Part shown: positions 56,868-64,000 of the stretch, piece by piece
How the letters are laid out: every line of letters begins with the position of its first letter
How positions within the stretch are numbered: position 1 is the first letter of the stretch
Source: the human T2T-CHM13v2.0 reference genome, Homo sapiens
Length of the DNA stretch: 64,000 bases
Assembly (NCBI RefSeq): GCF_009914755.1
Contig: NC_060937.1
Reading direction: 5' to 3' (one strand)
Notes under the pieces: model-generated
Database searches by the model: none
Seen by the model: the letters and a program-made list of their open reading frames with translations, nothing else
Told to the model about the DNA's origin: nothing
Position numbers and translations under genes: made by a program

Positions 56868-57944
56868 ACATTATTTTCATTTTTAATTGCTTGATATTAA
56901 AATCCATTCAATTAACTTGGCCTATGTAGATAGTTTAATTTTAATACATAACGCTGAGGCTAAAAAGAAGATAAATATTTTTGTCCTGAAGGACATTTCG
57001 AGATTACTTCTAAACTGTTTACTTGAAGAGGATGAAACAGTTGTGTAAGAGAATAATACAAAGAAAATTATAAAGCCTAATCTTTGCTTTAGTTGTATAT
57101 TTTACTCGAAAAAGCATGTTTGCTTTATTGAAAAATAAGTTAGTTTCATTAATTTAATATCAAATATTGAATATTATTGGTCTTTCTAACAAAAATAATT
57201 TAATAATTAAAAAATAGAAAATGAAAGAGGAGGTTTCTCTTGTCAAAAAACGTTGTGTGCTTTACAGAAACTTTACTTTGGAAATCACTAGAATAAAGAA
57301 TCTGGCCTTTAATTTAATCTTCACTGTGGTAGTTTAATAAATATATACTGTGGTCTCCCATTTTATCCACCAAAGATCAGTGATGTGTGAAATTGGAACA
57401 GGTGTCAGATATTAAAGAACACTCCGTGATAAAGTTTGTAAAGAAGAGAATTAAATAATACTTATTTCATGGTTATGCTGTACCATAAAAATAACAGTAC
57501 CTTTAAAGCTCACAACAACCATGTAACAGACATATTATTGTCTCAAATTTTCAATGCGGGAAACAAAACCTCAGTAAATGCTCTTATTTGTTCAAGGTCC
57601 TGAAGGAAATTCAGGCTCTATTTTGGACCCCAATCATGTGTCAGTTGCCAAAGTCTATCCACTATATTATTCTACTTCATATTAAGAAGATACCTGCTTT
57701 TCTAAGATAGCACCACAAGGGATAATCAGGGGAACAATTTTGTAGAAAATAGTCAGAAATATGTTGGTAGGGGGTGCTTTGGTTGGTGGCATAATGGGAA
57801 AAATTTGGTAGTGATAGAGATGTTTTGTTTTCAAATTTCAATATTTATTTTCTTGGATGCCATTTTAATAGAAGTACTAAAGAAATTTGGTCTGACCTTG
57901 AAATTAAACTTCTGAATTTATCACTATTCAAATAAATGACTCTT

Positions 57945-58317
<373 letters not shown>

Positions 58318-58403
58318 CTAGTTCTTCCAGTACTGGCTGCATAACTTCACGCAAGTCACTTTACAATATCTGGTGATTATGAAAGATACTAGCTTTTATT
58401 TCT

Positions 58404-58467
58404 TTTTTTAAATTAAACTTTAAGTTCTAGTGTACATGTGCACAACGTGCAGGTTTCTTACATACGT
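58404..58467 (-). mobile_element. ~65-bp L1PA 3'-end stub
   Basis: actttaagttctagtgtacatgtgcacaacgtgcagg with 10-bp TSD ttttatttct (58394-58403 and 58468-58477). Confidence 0.85.
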
Positions 58468-59083
58468 TTTTATTTCTGAAGAAATTAAAAATCTATGTCT
58501 GCTACGTGGTAAAAACTACATGCATCTGGTCTATGTAAGTGCTACACATTTTTATATTTTAATACTGGAAGATAACATCACTTTGGATCTTTGTGGTAGG
58601 AGTTTAATATGATCATGGTACTACAAAATAGGGGATTTGTTTTTAGCCTTGGCTTCCAGGAAGAAAAGGCTAACCTGAAAAATATTGACAACAAAAGAGA
58701 GAACACAAGAGCATAGATCACATAGTACATCAGAGACCACAGATCTAGAACAAATAATACATACATTATTTGTTCTAGGGAACAACAAATAAATAACTTT
58801 TAGAATATATATACCACTATTAAGAGAAATTTACAAAGCATAACCTATTTGGAGAGACGTAGTCTGGTAAGGAATATCTGAAAATAAACTTTTAATCATT
58901 TCCTGGTGAGAAGTCAGCGAATTCAGAAATTTCACAGGAAAGCAAAATTCTACACAGATGGATGTGGGAAAATATAAGGAACAAGGAGTAGATGACCGGC
59001 AGAATTCGAATAATGAGAAAGCTTGTACCATCTACATGAGGATATTTCTGGGCTTTATTACTGCTAGTGAAATGCTACCTGCA

Positions 59084-59380
<297 letters not shown>

Positions 59381-59478
59381 CTACCTGTAAAAAATAATTA
59401 AAAAGGTGGCTGAAGTTGCAATCAAAACTGTACAATTTAATATAGGTAGATTTATTTTTTATGCTTAAATTAAATTTT

Positions 59479-59779
59479 GGCCAGGCGTGGTGGCTCAAGC
59501 CTGTAATCCCAGCACTTTGAGAGGCTGAGGTGAGTGGATCACCTGAGATCAGGAGTTTCAGACCAGCCTGGCCAACACGACGAAAACCTGTCTCCACTAA
59601 AAATACAAAAATTATCCAGTCGTGGTTGCACCCGCCTGTAGTCCCAGCTACTCAGGAGGCTGAGGCAGGAGAATCGCTTGAACCTGGGAGGCGGAGGTTG
59701 CAATAAGCCGAGATTCCCCCACTGTGATCCAGCCTGGGTGACTCCATCCCCGCCACCCCCCTCCACCCCCCCAAAAAAA
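59479..59779 (+). mobile_element. AluSx-like with C-rich tail
   Basis: Dimer with gatcacctgag. The tail is largely C-runs. Confidence 0.9.
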
Positions 59780-59811
59780 TGTACAATGAAGAGTTCAATC
59801 ACATCAAGAAC

Positions 59812-60341
59812 TGGGGAAGGTCTGAGATTTTCTGTGATTTGCAAGCTGACGTGTGAAACTGACACAATTCCATAGATGCATATAAAACTCTTGGATCAGA
59901 GATGAAAGAATGAATAATTTTCAGAAAAAGCAGTAGTCAGAGTATCACCATATATGCAATGGTAGCTCTGCTGTTCAATTCTTTAGGGTGATATGAGGAG
60001 CCACAATGAAGGCAGAACACACAATGAGTTGTGGAATACCTAAGGAACACAAAACAAGAGATCAATAGTTTTTTGTTTGTGTTTATTTGTTTTTAGCAAG
60101 CCGCAAAGATTTTACCAATTAGCAAATTAGCCAGTCTACTTTCTCTTGGAAAGTGGGAAGCTACGTAGTGATCACACTGCAGTTTTCTTAACCTACCAGT
60201 TGCCTATGTGACTAGCCATAGAAAGTGCTCAGTATTAGAAGACAGGTAAGCCTTGCTGTCTGGCACAGTTAGCAAGAAGGTGCAGGAATGCTGAGGACTC
60301 ACGATGGAACGCTGAGGACTCATGATGGAATGCCTTTCCAA
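59812..60341 (-). mobile_element. Old ERVL-class solo LTR
   Basis: tggggaaggtctgagatttt...ttgcaagctgac...ggatcagagatgaaag...aaagcagtagtcagagt. Contains a 21-bp tandem duplication at 60285-60326. Confidence 0.6.
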
Positions 60342-61870
60342 ATAAATGGTCTTCCGTAATGGCATTTACAACTTTTTTAAAATAATGAGGTTAAGACCTC
60401 GCGAATAACTGCCATAGCTATGCATCAGGCTTGGTACAACCTACCACAGTTACGACTCTTGTTCACAGCAGAGATAAGAGACAGAAACTGCCTCCTCCGA
60501 GAATTTGTCTTAACAGAGACTTATTTTTCCTTCAATGAGCTACATATTACACAGAGAAAAGTATTGAGCATTAGCACAATTCGATACCCAAATTGATTAT
60601 GTAAAATCAGTGAGTGACTCATGATATTTTAACAATTTATCTTGTCCTTATTTGACTCCATATGTTCTATGCTTGAGGCATAGGCTGGGTCTGTATTTAT
60701 TTTCCATGAAGAGAAATTTTCCTCTATTCATTATTTAGGAACTATTAATTTTCAGGAAGAAAAGGAACTTGACCATCTCTCATTGTTTTCTTCCTTTTGA
60801 TTTTTTTGTGATTTCTTAAAAATGCATATTGCAAACTTTCACTATCCATCCTTATTACATCCCTTATATAATTGAAACTTCTACTACTTAATCAAATTTG
60901 AAATCACATCTGAGGGTGTAACATGTGGCATCCATCTATGATTCAAATAGCATGAGCATTATTTATGTCAAAACAATATATTCAGTAAGAATTCCTCACC
61001 CTGGCATGAAAATATGTTTATTTTGTTTAAAGATTATAAATGCACAGGTTCATACTGCAATTAGTACCTATATTACTATAGAATAATTTTATAGCTAAAA
61101 AATCTAATATATAAGTAAAATAAATTTTTATTCCCATGAAGATATAAGTGAGTATTTTGTGAATCATGACTCCAAGGATGTAGGAAATAAAAATTTTGAT
61201 TAAATTAAGTAAATTCTGCCATGTTGGTTATTATCACTTTCATTGAATAATGCTAAAATAATAAATAATATATTAACTCAAAATGTTTTTACTGTGAGCC
61301 CTGGTTAAATTTCTGTTAATAAAAATGTGCAATATTCAGTCAGTAACAACAAGCATTATTGAAGACCTACTATTACTTACACAGGTAGATACATGAGAGA
61401 TGGAACGAAGCAAAATGCATGTGCTATATTACTATATTCCATTCATAGCATTATTGAACTATTAATAAACATCAATAATTTATAATAATGACTTTAGAAT
61501 AATCAAATACTAAATGTTTTATATAATATTAAATTTTAATTTGTTATATCAATAATTATAGCATTTAAAATCTGTGTGTTATATTGCTTTTTTCTTCACT
61601 TCTTAGATATCCTACATTCACCCACAAAAAGAGTTCTTGGCTTAGGAATATACTAAGAACAAAAGCTTGTGAAATAGAGGTGTTTTTCAGTTACTGAAGA
61701 GGACTATTCAAAACTGAAGACAGAACACAGTCACTGCCCAGAAATCACATTAAAAGTTAAAGAATTTTGCTGGGTGTCTTCACTCTTTCATTTGGTTGAC
61801 TCACATTCTTAATCTCAGGATAGCAAATTTTTATATCGTATTCAAGAAGCGTTTCTTTACTATACCTATT

Positions 61871-62235
61871 TGTATTAGTCTGTCCTGAGGGTACTAACAA
61901 AGACATGCCCAAGACTGGGTCATGTATAAAGGAAAGAGGTTTAATGGACTCACAGTTCTACATGGCTGAGGAGGCCTCACAATTATGGAGGAAGATGAAG
62001 GAAGAGCAAAAGGATGTCTTACATGGCGGCAGGAAAGAGCGTGTGTGCAGGGGAACTCCCACTTATAAATATATGAGATCCATGAGATCTCATGAGATAT
62101 ATTCACTATGAGAACAGTATAGGAGAAACCACTCCCAAGATTCAGTTATCTCCACCTGGCCCTGCCCTTGACACAGGATGGCGGGAATTGTTACAATCAA
62201 AGTGAGATTTGGGTGGGGACACCCAAACCATATCA
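61871..62235 (-). mobile_element. THE1C/D solo LTR
   Basis: tgtattagtc...ccatatca with 5-bp TSD ctatt/ctaat. Confidence 0.92.
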
Positions 62236-63570
62236 CTAATATGAAATAAGTGTTGTTTCACATTATTTTGCCTTATAAACTGATTTATATTAACATAACT
62301 GATGTATGTTACTATGAGTTATTTTATGAGCATTAAAGTTTAGTTATGGATTTATCTGAAACTAATATTTATTAATATCTCTATTATTAAGTGAAATATT
62401 ACCTGTTAATATTAATTATTTTATTTTTATTAGTCATATATTTAAAATTATATTACAATAAAATATTAAATTTTAATAGTTCATTATATTAATAAAAAAA
62501 CTTATTTGAAAGGCCACTAGCCTTGGTTATTTAATGTACCCAACATTTTTGGAGAAAATTACAGTGTTCATATAGTACTTTAAAAAATTTAACATTTTAA
62601 GAATAGCGCATTGATTAATGTCCTTGGTATATTTAGCAAATTTGAAAATCAAAGAAAAAGTGTAGAGTAGTACATCATGTTTATAAGTGAAGAATTATTA
62701 TGTATGAGTTTTTATTAGGAGACAAGTATTTCTTTTACTATAAATCTAATAATTTCTAAAGTGATATATTCATTTATTCTTGAAATCAATAAAGTTATTG
62801 CTGTGTAAAATGGAAAAAACAATCATAGCTTTTGGGAATTTAAAGACGTTCACATAATGTATTGGGATTATTTATTTTATTTTATGGAAATAAACAGCTA
62901 ACATTTTCAAAACAAAAGTTACAATATAAAGATTGGAGCACATAACAATGTTAGCTTTAATAAATGTTGTACCAGGACTCTATACATATACTACGACTCT
63001 TTGTTGTCGCCTTAATATGCCAATAGATTGCAAATAATACACATCATTACTCTCTCTACTGACAGACAATATAAAGAAAAAATTTAAAAAGATAACTTTG
63101 AGAATATAAATGCATACTTTTAGAATGGAATTAAAACGTATATGCTAATAAAACAATGGAAACAGATGTCACTGAGAACATTTGCATTCACTACTTGAAA
63201 TACAATCACTATTTCTATTTTTGAATTTCATTATTGAATCCACAAATAACATGCCTTTGAAAACATAGTTTTTATTAAATACTTGAATAATTTTATCTCT
63301 GCAAAGACATCAAAGAATAGTAGTTTCCCCTTTATATAGTAATGTTTTAGATTTCTCATTATAAGTGTTCCTATTTTTCTCTCATGTGGTAATCAATAAA
63401 ATTGCACAAAGATAATGTTCTTAAATCTCAGAAAAACAGAAACAAAAAGCACCGTATTTGTTTGCCAGCCTGGGGAATGAAGCCATTTTTGGAACATTCT
63501 TGGGTTCTTTCTATTTACCACATGTCTTCCCAATTTTAATGTTAAAAACTATATTAAGTACTAGATATGT

Positions 63571-64000
63571 TGTATTAGGTTTATCTAGAGGGACAGAAAA
63601 ACTAATAGGCTAGATTTATATATGAAGGGGAGTTTATTAATTCTCATTATCACAAGGTGAAGTCCCACAATAGGCCGTCTGCAAGCTGAGGAGCAAGTAA
63701 GCCAGACTGAGTCCCAAAACCTCAAACGCAGGGTAACCAACAGTGCAGTCTTCAGTCTTTGGCCAAAGGCCCGAGAACTGCTGGCAAACCACTGGTGTAA
63801 ATCCAAGAGTCAAAAGCTGAAGGACTTGGAGCCTGACTTTTGAGGGCAGGAAGCATGTAGCATAGGAGAGAGATGAAGGCTAGAAGACTCAGCAAGTCTG
63901 CTAATTCCACTTTTCTTCTGCCTGCTGTATTTTAGCTGTGCTGGCAGCTTGATTAGATGGTGCCCACCCAGATTGAGTGTGGTCCCGCCTTTCCCAGTCC
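63571..64000 (-). mobile_element. MLT2A2-like LTR (HERV-L LTR), cut by the window end
   Basis: ctagagggacagaa...gtcccacaataggccgtctgcaagctgaggagcaag...tgattagatggtgcccacccagattgag. Confidence 0.9.

Overview
AT-rich, CpG-poor primate DNA, almost certainly human because one L1 stub carries L1HS-type 3' diagnostic bases. It looks intergenic or deep-intronic, and I can support no host protein-coding gene or RNA gene. Nearly all ORFs in the track come from repeats. The window is a nested transposon deposit: old and young L1s, about 11 Alus, MaLR elements (a full THE1A, THE1 LTRs, MLT1), many ERV1/ERVL solo LTRs, an LTR12, a Tigger and MIR/L2 relics. The main structure is a decayed gammaretrovirus-like provirus (13059-~19815): LTR, tRNA-Glu primer-binding site, splice donor, gag, pro, RT, RNase H and a truncated integrase, fused by deletion to an opposite-strand MER4-group provirus. 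The most unusual signals are several templated-insertion or fold-back junction scars (best at 14085-14236, 40423-40561 and 55928-55997), an ~80-bp L1HS insertion with a 6-bp twin-priming inversion, and a GATA/RUNX/ETS motif cluster at ~51.9 kb. Repeat family names are from recalled consensus sequences and were not verified by a search. I found no convincing new multi-gene biological system.
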